Positions 11,984 through 22,962 of a DNA stretch of 64,000 bases are shown here, piece by piece. The DNA is taken from IMG/VR virus record IMGVR_UViG_3300027782_000047, positions 44,668 through 108,667 of that record. The stretch is one strand, 5' to 3'. A program made the translations under genes and the position numbers. Source of the stretch: a virus. The notes under the pieces are model-generated. The model was not told where the DNA came from. It worked only from the letters and a program-made list of their open reading frames with translations, and made no database searches. Position 1 is the first letter of the stretch. The number at the start of each line of letters is the position of its first letter.

Positions 11984-13141
11984 ATGGCAAATACAGTAAT
12001 TCAATTAAAAAATTCGGGCGCATCAGGTAATACACCAGGTACTTTGCAACCGGGTGAATTGGCTATTAACTATGCCGATGGTAAACTGTATTATGGAAAT
12101 CAAGCAAATACGCCAGTTTTATTTGATGTTATAACTGAGCCTGGCGGTCTAAATCAAGAAATTCAATTTAATGATTCTGGTGCATTTGGCGCATCAGCAA
12201 ATCTAAAATTTGACAAGACAACAAAAACATTAACTACGAATAAAATTGTTTCGGCTAATATTGAAGTTTCATCAAACTTAGTCGCAGAAAATGTAATCGC
12301 ACATACAGCATTGTATGTTGGCATTGCAGACATTTCTCATACACCTCTAGCGAACTCATTAGGTTACTTTACAGGAAATTCTTCTCCATACGTTCAAGTA
12401 AACCTTGAAAATATTAATCCTAATGGTTCGGCTGATTGGGTTGCTACTGCTGACGTTGGTAGTGATTCAACATTCTACACTGACTTAGGTATTCAAAACT
12501 CTGCACACACTGATGGAACAATTAAACCACTAGATGGTTATTTGTTAGTGCAAGGTAACACAGGTCAAATTGGTGGTAATCTAATAATTGGTACCATTTC
12601 TGGAACACCAGGGCAAGAAATCCGTGTAGTTGTTGATGGCAATCAAGATGCGAATGTAGTCTTAAAAATTAATTCTTCTGGTTTGCAGATGGTCAGAGGT
12701 GATATCACAAGTAATATCACTACAAGAATTAGTAACGTTTCAAACTCAGCATTTGCACAAGCTAACTTAGCATACAACGCAGCCAATTCCGCGGTAACAT
12801 CAGGACAAGCTAACGTTGGTGCAGGTTTAATTGTTGTTACGGGAAGAACAAATTCAGCATTTGGACAAGCTAATTTGGCTTTTGATAAAGCAAACTCAGC
12901 TAGTGGTTTAGCACAAGCCGCATATGATTATGCTAATACCGTTTCTGTTGGAGGAGGAACTTCTTCATCAGATTATTTTCCAACTGCGCCTTATGGTTTT
13001 GTTACTGAAAGTTTGGTTGCTCTCGTTTCAGATAATACATTCATACAAGGAGAACTGGCTGGACCAGTTTATGATTGTTCAGATAATCCAATAACACCCG
13101 AAGGCTTTTATTTGGAAAAAGACCTTGGCTATTTAACCTAA
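11984..13141 (+). CDS. Tail fibre/adaptor protein
   Basis: MANTVIQLKNS..L.PGELAINYADGKLYY N-terminal domain; 'QEIQFNDSGAFGA'; one QANVGAG motif. Confidence 0.7.
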   Translation: MANTVIQLKNSGASGNTPGTLQPGELAINYADGKLYYGNQANTPVLFDVITEPGGLNQEIQFNDSGAFGASANLKFDKTTKTLTTNKIVSANIEVSSNLVAENVIAHTALYVGIADISHTPLANSLGYFTGNSSPYVQVNLENINPNGSADWVATADVGSDSTFYTDLGIQNSAHTDGTIKPLDGYLLVQGNTGQIGGNLIIGTISGTPGQEIRVVVDGNQDANVVLKINSSGLQMVRGDITSNITTRISNVSNSAFAQANLAYNAANSAVTSGQANVGAGLIVVTGRTNSAFGQANLAFDKANSASGLAQAAYDYANTVSVGGGTSSSDYFPTAPYGFVTESLVALVSDNTFIQGELAGPVYDCSDNPITPEGFYLEKDLGYLT

Positions 13142-13149
13142 CATAAATA
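13142..13149 (+). promoter_or_regulatory. T4-type late promoter (CATAAATA)
   Basis: Intergenic ATAAATA core. Confidence 0.6.
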
Positions 13150-13172
13150 GATTGATAATTTAAGGATATTAA

Positions 13173-16103
13173 ATGCCAACGCAATTACAGTTAAGAAGAG
13201 GAAATACAGCCCAAACTGCAACATTTACTGGAGCAGTGGCTGAGATTACCGTTGACACAGATAAGAAAACAGTTGTTGTCCACGATGGCACAACAGCTGG
13301 TGGTTTCGCTCTCGCTTTAGAATCAGCGCAGTTAGACCAATTTGCATTCACAAAAGCAAACTTAGCGTTTGATAGAGCAAACTCGGCATTCGCTCAAGCA
13401 AATGCAGCCTATAGTACAGCTAATACAAAATTCAATTCTGCTGGTGGTACAATTTCTGGTAATGTAATTGTAACTGGTAATGTAACTCCAACAACGGATA
13501 ATATTTATAGTTTAGGTTCGTCATCTAATCGTTGGAAAGATTTGTTTGTTGGACCAGGTTCAATTAACATTGATGGCATTGTTATTGGAAATAATGGTGG
13601 GCAGATTGTAATCTCTGGCGCATCTGATTTTGTTTTTCAATCAACAACTGGTGCACCTTCCGTATCATCATCGGCTAGTGCTAACATTGCGCTTAATGCT
13701 TTCAATCAAGCCAATCTAGCATTCAATCAAGCAAATACTTCTTACGGTTCTTTTGCACAAGCTAACTTAGCATACACACAAGCAAACTCTGGTGTTGGTA
13801 TTGCTGTTTCTGCATTTGCTCAAGCCAACTTAGCGTTTACGGCTGCAAATAATGCCGTATCTACAGGACAAGCAAACGTTGGTGCTGGATTAATTACAGT
13901 TACTAGTGCTTATCAAGTAAACGTTGGTGCTGGCTTAATTGGCGTTACCTCGGCGTATGGAGCAAACGTTGGAGCGGCTAGAATTGCAGATGTTGCTTCT
14001 GGTCAGGCTAATGTTGGCGCAAGTGTAATTACATTAAACAATAATATTGGCAATGCATTCAATCAAGCAAATTTAGCATTTACGGCTGCAAATAATGCAG
14101 TTGACACTTGGGTTAGAAATCAAGCTAATGCCGCATATAATGCCGCAAACACAGCAGTAACAACTGGTCAAGCAAACGTAGGTGCTGGACTTATTAGTGT
14201 AACATCAGCATATCAAGCAAACGTTGGTGCTGGATTAATTAGTACCAAATCTGCATATGAAGCCAATGTAGGCGTTGCTATTGCATCAGGACAAGCAAAC
14301 GTAGGTAATGCAATTACTACTGTAACATCTGCTTATCAAGCAAACGTTGGTGCAAGTATAATTACAACTACTAATGCATACCAAGCAAACGCTGGTGCTG
14401 GTTTAATTACTGAAGTAGCCGCACGGCAAGCAAACGTTGGTGCAAGTGTTATTACTTTGTCTAATAACATAACTAATGTATTTAATCAGGCTAATCTAGC
14501 ATTTACGGCTGCAAACAATGCTGTAGATACTTGGGTTAGAAATCAAGCTAACTCCGCGTATGATAGAGCAAATTCATCATTTGCACAGGCTAACTTAGCA
14601 TACACCACAGCAAATGCCGCATTACCTAAAACTGGTGGTACAATTACTGGCGACTTGACAGTTTCGGGTAACTTATTTATTTCTGGTAATACAACAACAC
14701 TTAACGTTACCTCATTGAGTGTCTCGGATACTCTTATTCATTTAGGTAATGAAAATGAATCAGATTCGTTGGATATTGGTTTTATTGGTCACTATGCTAA
14801 TACGCCAAACAATCACACAGGTTTGATTCGTAAATTTACCGATGGTAGATATTACTTGTTTGATAACCTACTAACAAATGTTGAACCAACTAATATTGTT
14901 GATATTGCAAACACAAGAGTTGCAACATTAAGCGCAAATCTAATCACGAATGTAATCACATTGCGCGGACTTGATCCATTAGATTACTCAAATACAATTT
15001 ACAGTAATGCACAAGCAAATACTGGTGCCGCAGTTATTTCATTAACTTCTGCATATCAAGCAAATACTGGTGCAGCCGCTTTAGCTGGTCAAGCAAACGT
15101 AGGTGCAGGATTAATATCTGTAACATCAGCATATCAAGCAAATGTGGGTGCCGCTAGAATTGATGCGAATACGGCTAATACAACTTTAGCGGCTAGTATT
15201 GCTTCGGGTAGACTTGCGGATAACGCTAACGTTGGTGCAAGTATAATTACAGTTACAAATGCATATCAAGCAAACGTTGGTGCTGGTAGAATTGCTGATG
15301 TTGCGTCAGGACAAGCAAACGTAGGTGCTGGTTTAATTGCTGTAACATCTGCTTATCAAGCTAACGTTGGTTCAGCTAGAATTGATGCGAATACGGCTAA
15401 TACAACTTTAGCCGCTAGTATTGTTTCTGGTAGACAAGCTGATAATGCTAATCTTGGTGCTACTATAATTACAGTTACTTCTGCATATCAATCAAACGTT
15501 GGCGCAGGTTTAATTACAGTTACTTCTGCGTATCAATCGAATGTTGGTTCTGCAATCGCTCAAGGTCAAGCTAATACAGGTGCCGCAGTTATTTCATTAA
15601 CATCTGCATATCAAGCTAACGCTGGCGCTGGTGATATTACTGTTACCAATAACTATCAAGCAAATGTCGGTGCAGTAAACATTGCTAAAGTTGCAAAAGC
15701 TGGTGATGTAATGACTGGTGCTTTGTCTACCAGCGGTGCATTGATTGGTGCAAGTTTAACATCAAACACAATAGCAACAATTAACACAAATGCAGTTTAT
15801 GAATCTACTGCTGTAACAACTGCGGCGGCTACTCAATTTACATTAGATTCATTCTCAACAACTGCATATCGTTCAGCTAAATATCTCGTTCAGATTTCTA
15901 GCGGTTCATCATATGAATTACTAGAGATGACTTTGATTCATGATGGAACGACTGTGTATTTGTCTCAGTATGGTAACATTAAAACTGGTGCAACATTGGG
16001 TGTATTTGACGCTACAATTTCAACTGGCACTTTAAGTTTGTTAGCTACACCAAACAATGCAGTAACTACATTTAAGACAGCCATAACTCTGATACCGGCA
16101 TAA
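13173..16103 (+). CDS. Long fibre protein with Mtd N-terminal-like domain and QANVGAG coiled-coil repeats
   Basis: MPTQLQLRRGNTAQ..FTGAVAEITVDTDK.TVVVHDG.TAGG (major tropism determinant N-domain-like); C-terminal 'DSFS...YRSAKYLVQI...IHDGT.VY..QYG' module. Confidence 0.75.
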   Translation: MPTQLQLRRGNTAQTATFTGAVAEITVDTDKKTVVVHDGTTAGGFALALESAQLDQFAFTKANLAFDRANSAFAQANAAYSTANTKFNSAGGTISGNVIVTGNVTPTTDNIYSLGSSSNRWKDLFVGPGSINIDGIVIGNNGGQIVISGASDFVFQSTTGAPSVSSSASANIALNAFNQANLAFNQANTSYGSFAQANLAYTQANSGVGIAVSAFAQANLAFTAANNAVSTGQANVGAGLITVTSAYQVNVGAGLIGVTSAYGANVGAARIADVASGQANVGASVITLNNNIGNAFNQANLAFTAANNAVDTWVRNQANAAYNAANTAVTTGQANVGAGLISVTSAYQANVGAGLISTKSAYEANVGVAIASGQANVGNAITTVTSAYQANVGASIITTTNAYQANAGAGLITEVAARQANVGASVITLSNNITNVFNQANLAFTAANNAVDTWVRNQANSAYDRANSSFAQANLAYTTANAALPKTGGTITGDLTVSGNLFISGNTTTLNVTSLSVSDTLIHLGNENESDSLDIGFIGHYANTPNNHTGLIRKFTDGRYYLFDNLLTNVEPTNIVDIANTRVATLSANLITNVITLRGLDPLDYSNTIYSNAQANTGAAVISLTSAYQANTGAAALAGQANVGAGLISVTSAYQANVGAARIDANTANTTLAASIASGRLADNANVGASIITVTNAYQANVGAGRIADVASGQANVGAGLIAVTSAYQANVGSARIDANTANTTLAASIVSGRQADNANLGATIITVTSAYQSNVGAGLITVTSAYQSNVGSAIAQGQANTGAAVISLTSAYQANAGAGDITVTNNYQANVGAVNIAKVAKAGDVMTGALSTSGALIGASLTSNTIATINTNAVYESTAVTTAAATQFTLDSFSTTAYRSAKYLVQISSGSSYELLEMTLIHDGTTVYLSQYGNIKTGATLGVFDATISTGTLSLLATPNNAVTTFKTAITLIPA

Positions 16104-16133
16104 TAAAATTTATCAACAAAGGGATAGTGAACT

Positions 16134-17627
16134 TTGGCATCTAATCAAGACTTCATAGTAAAGAATGGGCTAACTGTTGGCTCATCGCAAGTGATTGCCG
16201 CCAATGGTCGTTGGGTTGGTGTCAGCACTGGTTTAATAGGACCTCAAGGCGCACAGGGTGCTCAAGGTCCAACAGGAGGCACTGGACCTCAAGGTGCTCA
16301 AGGGCCTGCTGGTCCTACTGGACCTCAAGGTGCTCAGGGAGCAACAGGCGGTACTGGTCCTACTGGTCCTCAAGGAGCCCAAGGCGCACAAGGAAATTCT
16401 GGCGGTACAGGACCAACAGGACCCCAAGGCGCACAGGGACCAGCAGGACCAACTGGACCTCAAGGAGCACAGGGAACACAAGGACCAACTGGACCACCAG
16501 GAGGAACTGGCGCTCAAGGCGCACAGGGTCCAGCTGGACCAACAGGACCAACAGGACCACAGGGCGCACAAGGAGCCCAAGGCGCACAGGGAGTTGCAGG
16601 ACCAACTGGTCCATTGGGACCAACAGGTCCGACTGGCGCACAAGGCGCACAAGGCGCACAGGGACCAACAGGACCAACAGGACCTTCGGGAGCAACTATT
16701 GATAATACAAACAGAACATTAAACAGTTTGACGTTCACTGGCCAAGGTGGAAATTCTGGTAATGCACCATCAAGTTATTATTACTCATTACATCAAAAAA
16801 CTGGTCCATGGACAGGCCCATATCCAGATTTATCAATCAATTATCATACTGGCATTTCGTTTGGCGCTCTTGCAGGTTATGAAGGTTATTCTTTTTGGGA
16901 TGATGCTCCCCAAAGCACATTAGTTTTTAGAATTAATGGCTCCAGCAATTATTCATACAAATATTACTGGCAATATACAAACACAACTGGTTATTACTCA
17001 GATACAAATAGTTGGCACTTGATACCAAATACTGGTAGTTCATATGGTTCAATGCAATTACAAGGCTCAAGAAATAGCTGGCGTGGTATTCATTTTTATG
17101 ATGGCGGAAATATTCCTCATTTGATGTTTGATGGTGGCGCAAACGGTGGAATTTATTTTGAATCTGGCCGATGGGCGATGTATTATAGTTACGGAAATGC
17201 TAGTTGGGGAATTAATACATCAACAACTTCCTCTGGTGTTGCATTGTATGCATCTGGAGACATATACTCAACGGGTAACATCACAGCATATTCTGACGGA
17301 AGAAAAAAAGATAATGTAGTTGCTATAAAGAATGCATTAGATGGAGTATTAAAATTAAGAGGTGTAACATATACCTGGAATGACAAAAAAGAATCTGATA
17401 TCGGTTATGGTAAAACAGAGATTGGTGTTATTGCTCAAGAGGTTGAAAAAGTATTTCCAGAAGTTGTTAAATACATGGAAGACGTTGATGTGTATTCAGT
17501 TGCTTATGGTAACATCACAGCAATATTGATTGAAGCTATAAAAGAACAACATTCTATTATAACTAGTCAAAATGATAGATTAGAGAGAATAGAAAACTTT
17601 ATTAATAATTACTTGGAGAAAAAATAA
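16134..17627 (+). CDS. Collagen-like tail fibre paralogue 1 with S74 chaperone (TTG start)
   Basis: [14 protein letters not shown]-terminus, about 50 G-X-Y triplets, aromatic-rich tip, '[24 protein letters not shown]'. Start inferred from alignment with the paralogues. Confidence 0.85.
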   Translation: MASNQDFIVKNGLTVGSSQVIAANGRWVGVSTGLIGPQGAQGAQGPTGGTGPQGAQGPAGPTGPQGAQGATGGTGPTGPQGAQGAQGNSGGTGPTGPQGAQGPAGPTGPQGAQGTQGPTGPPGGTGAQGAQGPAGPTGPTGPQGAQGAQGAQGVAGPTGPLGPTGPTGAQGAQGAQGPTGPTGPSGATIDNTNRTLNSLTFTGQGGNSGNAPSSYYYSLHQKTGPWTGPYPDLSINYHTGISFGALAGYEGYSFWDDAPQSTLVFRINGSSNYSYKYYWQYTNTTGYYSDTNSWHLIPNTGSSYGSMQLQGSRNSWRGIHFYDGGNIPHLMFDGGANGGIYFESGRWAMYYSYGNASWGINTSTTSSGVALYASGDIYSTGNITAYSDGRKKDNVVAIKNALDGVLKLRGVTYTWNDKKESDIGYGKTEIGVIAQEVEKVFPEVVKYMEDVDVYSVAYGNITAILIEAIKEQHSIITSQNDRLERIENFINNYLEKK

Positions 17628-18058
17628 TGGCGCTAATCAGAGATTATGAATTACCAGGAACTGGTGTAACTGTTGCTAATGCATATCATGTAGTAACAAA
17701 AGTTGATGTGGATAAAAGAACACAAGATATTTCTGCACCTCCAGATCCATCAAGACCCGGTGGCTTTACTGCTGGTCATCAAGAAGTTGGAAAAGAATTA
17801 TTTTGGAAAGCTGGTTATATTGGAACTATTTCCATCACAATATGGAAAGATGCACAAGCAAGAAATGATGGATTACAGCCTTTAGGATTTTTGGGAATGC
17901 ATCCATCAGATAATAAGTATGGTGCAAGTCTATCACAAGATGTAAAGAATTATCAACCTAGATTTTTCATTGATGTAGACTCACAAGACAATTATGTAAC
18001 TCAAGCATATGCTTATCTAAAAACAACACCGTACTATTTGAACTCAACAGAAGTTTAA
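17627..18058 (+). CDS. Hypothetical protein, probable fibre assembly/tip-associated
   Basis: TAATG-coupled to fibre 1; ends 'QAYAYLKT..Y', a pattern seen in small fibre-associated proteins. Confidence 0.6.
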   Translation: MALIRDYELPGTGVTVANAYHVVTKVDVDKRTQDISAPPDPSRPGGFTAGHQEVGKELFWKAGYIGTISITIWKDAQARNDGLQPLGFLGMHPSDNKYGASLSQDVKNYQPRFFIDVDSQDNYVTQAYAYLKTTPYYLNSTEV

Positions 18059-18065
18059 TTCTTAA

Positions 18066-19481
18066 ATGGCATCTAATCAAGACTTCATCGTAAAGAACGG
18101 CTTAACAATAGGCGGTTCGCAAGTAATTGCTGCCAATGGTCGTTGGGTTGGGGTCACCACTGGTCTTATCGGTGCCACTGGTCTTCAAGGACCCGCAGGA
18201 CCGCAAGGCGCAACAGGACCGACCGGACCTCAGGGCGCACAAGGAACTCAAGGCGCACAGGGAGTTGCAGGACCTCAAGGCGCACAAGGACCAGCCGGCG
18301 GCACTGGACCAACTGGACCACAAGGCGCTCAAGGTCCTGCTGGCGGTACAGGACCAACGGGTCCTCAAGGAGCCCAAGGTGCTCAAGGTTCTGCTGGACC
18401 TCCGGGACCGACTGGCGCTCAAGGTCCTACAGGCGCTCAAGGTCCTACTGGCGCTCAAGGGCCAACCGGTGCTACAGGACCTACTGGACCAACAGGCGGC
18501 AATTCAGGAAATGATACTTACGTTGCTTGGGGTCAATTAGAAGCACATAGCACTTATACGAATTTTAATTCATCAGTAAATTATTGGGGCTTCACTTATG
18601 TTCAAGGAAGCACTAATGCTCCAAATTCAACATCATCTCAATGGTACCGAGGAAGATTTTCCCTAGGAAATGCATATGGTAAAAATTATGGTGGTAGCGA
18701 TTATTGGTTAGAACTAGCTTGGCCAAGAGAAAATCCAACCACAGCAGGACATATGTGGAGAAGAAATGGAGAAGCTGGTGGCGTTGGCTCTTGGACACAA
18801 GTTGGTGCAAACATTATTGGTACAGGATCTGCTACATCAGATTATAGAGCACCAATCTTCTACGATTCTAATGATACCGGATATTATGTAAATCCTAATA
18901 GTGGTACAAATTTAAAGTTTCTTCAAGTTTCTGGTGCATGGGCCAGTTCGCCTTTTGGATCAGCTCATGAACAATTTACAATTCGTACAAACTATCCATC
19001 ATACACACTTCGTAATACCGATACTGGATATTATTGGTTAGTACATCACGCTGCTGATTACACTATTAATTGGTACGGTGGTGGAGGTGGCGTAGATGGA
19101 TCTTCATGGAATAGAAACTTCTACGTTGATATGAGTGGTAACATAACAGCAAGAGGAAACGTTACAGCATATTCTGATGTTAGATTAAAAATCAATATTG
19201 TGACCATCAACAATGCAATAGATAAAGTAAAACGACTAAGAGGTGTTTATTTTGATTGGATTGATTCTGGTGAGCATTCCCTAGGAATGATTGCACAGGA
19301 AGTTGAAGAAGTTCTTCCAGAATTGGTTATGACTAATACGGAATGTAAAACATTCACACAAGAAGTACTTAATGTAACAAAGTCGCTAGATTATTCCAAA
19401 ATAGTTTCAGTTTTAGTGGAAGCAATCAAAGAACAACAAAAACAAATTGAAGAACTAAGAGAGATTATTAATGGCCAGTAA
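18066..19481 (+). CDS. Collagen-like tail fibre paralogue 2 with S74 chaperone
   Basis: Same N-terminus; G-X-Y segment; W/Y-rich tip; '[24 protein letters not shown]'. Confidence 0.85.
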   Translation: MASNQDFIVKNGLTIGGSQVIAANGRWVGVTTGLIGATGLQGPAGPQGATGPTGPQGAQGTQGAQGVAGPQGAQGPAGGTGPTGPQGAQGPAGGTGPTGPQGAQGAQGSAGPPGPTGAQGPTGAQGPTGAQGPTGATGPTGPTGGNSGNDTYVAWGQLEAHSTYTNFNSSVNYWGFTYVQGSTNAPNSTSSQWYRGRFSLGNAYGKNYGGSDYWLELAWPRENPTTAGHMWRRNGEAGGVGSWTQVGANIIGTGSATSDYRAPIFYDSNDTGYYVNPNSGTNLKFLQVSGAWASSPFGSAHEQFTIRTNYPSYTLRNTDTGYYWLVHHAADYTINWYGGGGGVDGSSWNRNFYVDMSGNITARGNVTAYSDVRLKINIVTINNAIDKVKRLRGVYFDWIDSGEHSLGMIAQEVEEVLPELVMTNTECKTFTQEVLNVTKSLDYSKIVSVLVEAIKEQQKQIEELREIINGQ

Positions 19482-20934
19482 TCAAGATTTTATTATAAAG
19501 AACGGCCTTACAATAGGCAGTTCTCAAGTAATTGCCGCCAATGGTCGTTGGGTTGGAGTTAGCACTGGTCTTATTGGTCCACAAGGTCCTCAAGGAGTTG
19601 CAGGACCGCAAGGCGCACAAGGTCCGACTGGTGCTCAAGGGCCTGCTGGTCCCACTGGCGCTCAAGGACCAACAGGAGGCACTGGACCAACGGGACCGCA
19701 AGGCGCACAAGGAAATGCTGGCGGTACTGGACCCACTGGCCCTCAAGGAGCACAAGGAGTACAAGGTCCCGGTGGCGCAACAGGACCAACAGGACCTCAA
19801 GGAGCACAAGGACCAACAGGAGGCACTGGACCAACGGGACCGACAGGACCCACTGGACCTCAAGGCGCTCAAGGAGCACAGGGACCAACTGGTGCTACAG
19901 GACCTACTGGTGCTCAAGGCGCACAGGGCGCTCAAGGTGGAACAGGACCTACAGGCTCTTTTGTTGGATATAGTTTAGCAACACCAGGTGGAAGAAATCA
20001 AGATACCGGTAGAAATACATATGGTAATTTATCACATTTTTCAACATACACTTACACTAAAACACACGGTCTCACCTATCCATATCATTTACAAGTAACT
20101 AATGGTGGTCAAGGTTTCGAAATAGCCGCTGATTGGATTAATACGGGTTCAACTCCTTTACGTGTTAGAAGTTTAAGAGACTGTTGCCAAGACTGGAGTT
20201 CTTGGACAAGTATTGCTACATCAGGAGAATCATTTACTAATAACGTAGATTTAAGAGCACCAATCTTCTACGACAGCAATGATACTGGATATTACCTTGA
20301 TCCTAATACTACAAGTGATTCCGCACTAAGAATTCGCGGCGGAGCGTTGCACGGGCCGAATGTAACTTGGAATACCTATCTTTTAGTTGGTGGTGATGGA
20401 AGACAGAATTATATTAATAATAGCATCACAGCATCTGTCTGTTCAACGAACGGAAACTTGCACATGGATGCAGCCTCCGGTTTAGACATGTATTTAAATT
20501 ATTATGATGGAGCTAATATTCAATTAGGTAACGGAGCAAATGGTATTATAGGTGTTATTAGTGCCGCAGGTAATTTGACCATGAATGGTAACATTACTGC
20601 ATACTCAGATATAAGATTAAAAACTAATATTAAAACAATTCAAAATGCATTAGGTATGGTTAGTAGAATGCGCGGTGTTTATTTTGATTGGATAGAAAAC
20701 GGAAATCAGTCTATTGGATTGATTGCTCAAGAAGTGCAAGAAGTTATTCCAGAATTAGTTTTAGAGAGTGTAGTTAAAAATCCTCCATCTTTTCCTGGCG
20801 AAGAGACACCAGAAAAAACAATTTTATCAGTTGATTATGGAAAGATAACTTCTATTTTGATTGAAGCAATCAAAGAACAGCAAAAACAAATTGAAGAACA
20901 AAATAAAAGAATCGCTTTTTTAGAGAATAAATAA
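19471..20934 (+). CDS. Collagen-like tail fibre paralogue 3 with S74 chaperone
   Basis: Same N-terminus; G-X-Y segment; distinct tip; '[24 protein letters not shown]'. Confidence 0.85.
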   Translation: MASNQDFIIKNGLTIGSSQVIAANGRWVGVSTGLIGPQGPQGVAGPQGAQGPTGAQGPAGPTGAQGPTGGTGPTGPQGAQGNAGGTGPTGPQGAQGVQGPGGATGPTGPQGAQGPTGGTGPTGPTGPTGPQGAQGAQGPTGATGPTGAQGAQGAQGGTGPTGSFVGYSLATPGGRNQDTGRNTYGNLSHFSTYTYTKTHGLTYPYHLQVTNGGQGFEIAADWINTGSTPLRVRSLRDCCQDWSSWTSIATSGESFTNNVDLRAPIFYDSNDTGYYLDPNTTSDSALRIRGGALHGPNVTWNTYLLVGGDGRQNYINNSITASVCSTNGNLHMDAASGLDMYLNYYDGANIQLGNGANGIIGVISAAGNLTMNGNITAYSDIRLKTNIKTIQNALGMVSRMRGVYFDWIENGNQSIGLIAQEVQEVIPELVLESVVKNPPSFPGEETPEKTILSVDYGKITSILIEAIKEQQKQIEEQNKRIAFLENK

Positions 20935-21168
20935 ATGAAAGCCTTTATTATTGAATTTTTACTAAAAGATCCAATCGCAAAAGTATCATCTATTATGGAA
21001 GATATAAAACGTGAGGCTTTATGTGATATGGAGGAAAGAAATAGAAGATTGGAAATTTGCAATAAATGTGAAAATCTAAAAAATAATTTTTGTTTAAAGT
21101 GTTATTGTTATATGCCAGCAAAATCTTTTATTAAAAATAAAAGTTGCCCATTAAACTTACACACTTAA
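20935..21168 (+). CDS. Small Cys-rich putative metal-binding protein (DUF6171-like)
   Basis: RRLEICxxC-x7-CxxCxC-x4-K-x7-CP pattern. Confidence 0.55.
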   Translation: MKAFIIEFLLKDPIAKVSSIMEDIKREALCDMEERNRRLEICNKCENLKNNFCLKCYCYMPAKSFIKNKSCPLNLHT

Positions 21169-21203
21169 ATTTTATTAACCCGCCAACATTTTAGGAGAAA
21201 ATA

Positions 21204-21572
21204 ATGGCTATTACATATACCTGGAAAGTCACCAGTCTAAAAACTAAGAACGAAGGTGCCAATCAAAACGCAGTTGTGCAAACATACTGGCAAAAGATTG
21301 GTACCGATGAAAATGGTAACGTAGGATCATTTTCTGGCGCAACACCATTCACATCAACAACTATGCCTGAAGGAAATGTGTTTGTTCCATTTGAAGAACT
21401 AACCGAAGAAGTTGTTCTTGAATGGATTAAAGATGTTGTTACCGGCTCTTATGAAACGCATGTGAATGGAAAAATTCAAGAACAAATTGACCAACATGTT
21501 AATCCTGTTTCCGAAGCGCAGATGCCTTGGGCACCACCAGCATCCAATACATCACCGAGCATACCCGCATAA
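21204..21572 (+). CDS. Conserved phage fibre-associated protein
   Basis: 'MAITYTWKV...FVPFEELTEEVVLEWI...MPW' family; AGGAG SD. Confidence 0.65.
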   Translation: MAITYTWKVTSLKTKNEGANQNAVVQTYWQKIGTDENGNVGSFSGATPFTSTTMPEGNVFVPFEELTEEVVLEWIKDVVTGSYETHVNGKIQEQIDQHVNPVSEAQMPWAPPASNTSPSIPA

Positions 21573-21623
21573 AAGACGAGATATATATTAGATAGTTTAT
21601 TAATTCATTATAAGGAGTTTGAC

Positions 21624-21830
21624 ATGAATGATATGATGCAACCACAACAACAAGAAGAACCACAAGTTACACTAACGCTTAAAGCAAGTTGGTTAAACGT
21701 GATTATAGCTGGCTTGGAAGAAATTCCACATAAGTTCAGTAGACAAGTTATTGATTCTGTTTCTCAACAAGCAAGAGCGCAGTTAGAAAACAAACCTCAA
21801 GGACCACTGTCATCTAAAGTAATTAACTAA
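21624..21830 (+). CDS. Small hypothetical protein
   Basis: AAGGAG SD; 'L.EIPHK.S..VI..QQA..Q' motif, typical of fibre-chaperone-like small proteins. Confidence 0.6.
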   Translation: MNDMMQPQQQEEPQVTLTLKASWLNVIIAGLEEIPHKFSRQVIDSVSQQARAQLENKPQGPLSSKVIN

Positions 21831-21832
21831 TT

Positions 21833-22405
21833 ATGAACGGCGAATGGGCCTACTTCAAAAGTAGATTTACTAAAGAGCAATGTGATTTCATTTTAGAGGA
21901 AGGTTTAAAATTACCTTCTAAAAAAGCATCTATGGGTGTTTCAAATGAAATACATGATGACGAATATCGCAGAAGCGACATTCGGTTTATTCATCAAGAA
22001 CCCAAATTCCAATTTCTCTTTGATGAGATTTGGAAAATGGCAATTCAAGCAAATCACGACTTCTTCAATTTTCATATAACTAGATTAAGTTTTGTGCAAT
22101 TGGCTGAATATTCATCTGAATATCAAGGCGAATATAAAAGACACCACGATGTGTTTTGGATGAATGGTGATCCACACTTTCATAGAAAACTTACCTGTGT
22201 AATTCAGTTGACTGATCCGACAACTTATGAAGGCGGTGATTTTGAGATGTATGACTTGTCGCAAAATCCACCAGATAAGGAAGAAATACGCCAGCAAGGC
22301 ACTGCAATATTTCTTCCATCTTTCGTAAGTCATGCCGCATTGCCTGTGACAGAAGGAACAAGACATTCATTAGCAGTATGGATGGAAGGACCTAAGTGGA
22401 GATAA
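21833..22405 (+). CDS. 2OG-Fe(II) dioxygenase, prolyl-4-hydroxylase/PKHD-like
   Basis: HxD (RHHD), RKLT..IQL, YEGGDF, distal H (VSHAALPVTEGTRHSL..W) with the 2OG-binding Arg. Confidence 0.9.
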   Translation: MNGEWAYFKSRFTKEQCDFILEEGLKLPSKKASMGVSNEIHDDEYRRSDIRFIHQEPKFQFLFDEIWKMAIQANHDFFNFHITRLSFVQLAEYSSEYQGEYKRHHDVFWMNGDPHFHRKLTCVIQLTDPTTYEGGDFEMYDLSQNPPDKEEIRQQGTAIFLPSFVSHAALPVTEGTRHSLAVWMEGPKWR

Positions 22406-22406
22406 T

Positions 22407-22961
22407 ATGAAAACTAATATGATTGTGATTGATGAGTTCTATAATAATCCAAATGATGTGAGAGAGTTTGCTTTAGCACAAGAGTTTGATGTTACTGGCA
22501 ATTGGCCAGGGAATAGAACAAAAACTTTTATCAATGAAAGCACAAAAGAAACCATACAGAAAATACTGCAAGATGTATCTGGAAATGTTACAGACTGGCA
22601 AGCAAATGATGGGTATACAGGATGTTTTCAACTAACAACTTCAATGGATAGAAGTTGGATTCATGCTGATTCATATAACACTTGGGCAGGTGTTTTATAT
22701 CTTACTCCTGATGCTCCACTATCTGGCGGCACAGGAATATTCAGATACAAAAAAACTGGTAGTATGATGGAAGATGGCACAGATTTATCTGGCGTCACAC
22801 AAGACATGACCAAGTGGGAACTTGTTGATAGAGTTGGAAATGTTTACAATAGATTAGTATTGTATCGTGGAAATAACTATCATATGTCTTTAGATTATTT
22901 TGGTAAAGACAAGGAAGATGGTAGATTATTTCAACTATTTTTCATAACAACAGAATATTGA
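22407..22961 (+). CDS. 2OG-Fe(II) oxygenase-like protein (DUF6445-like)
   Basis: 'IDEFY.NP..VR', WIHAD, AGVLYL..GGT, NRLVLY..HMS, GRLFQLFF: HxD...H...R triad. Confidence 0.75.
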   Translation: MKTNMIVIDEFYNNPNDVREFALAQEFDVTGNWPGNRTKTFINESTKETIQKILQDVSGNVTDWQANDGYTGCFQLTTSMDRSWIHADSYNTWAGVLYLTPDAPLSGGTGIFRYKKTGSMMEDGTDLSGVTQDMTKWELVDRVGNVYNRLVLYRGNNYHMSLDYFGKDKEDGRLFQLFFITTEY

Positions 22962-22962
22962 T

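Noticed and set aside
8121-19978. Many overlapping alternative-frame and minus-strand ORFs (e.g. 8121-8645, 16211-16702, 18102-18458, 19468-19935)
   Set aside because: Shadows of the stop-poor collagen G-X-Y codon repeats; low-complexity translations, no RBS.
13173-20934. Diversity-generating retroelement suggested by the Mtd_N-like domain and variable tips
   Set aside because: No reverse transcriptase, no TR/VR pair differing only at adenines, and no C-type lectin C-terminus seen in the window.
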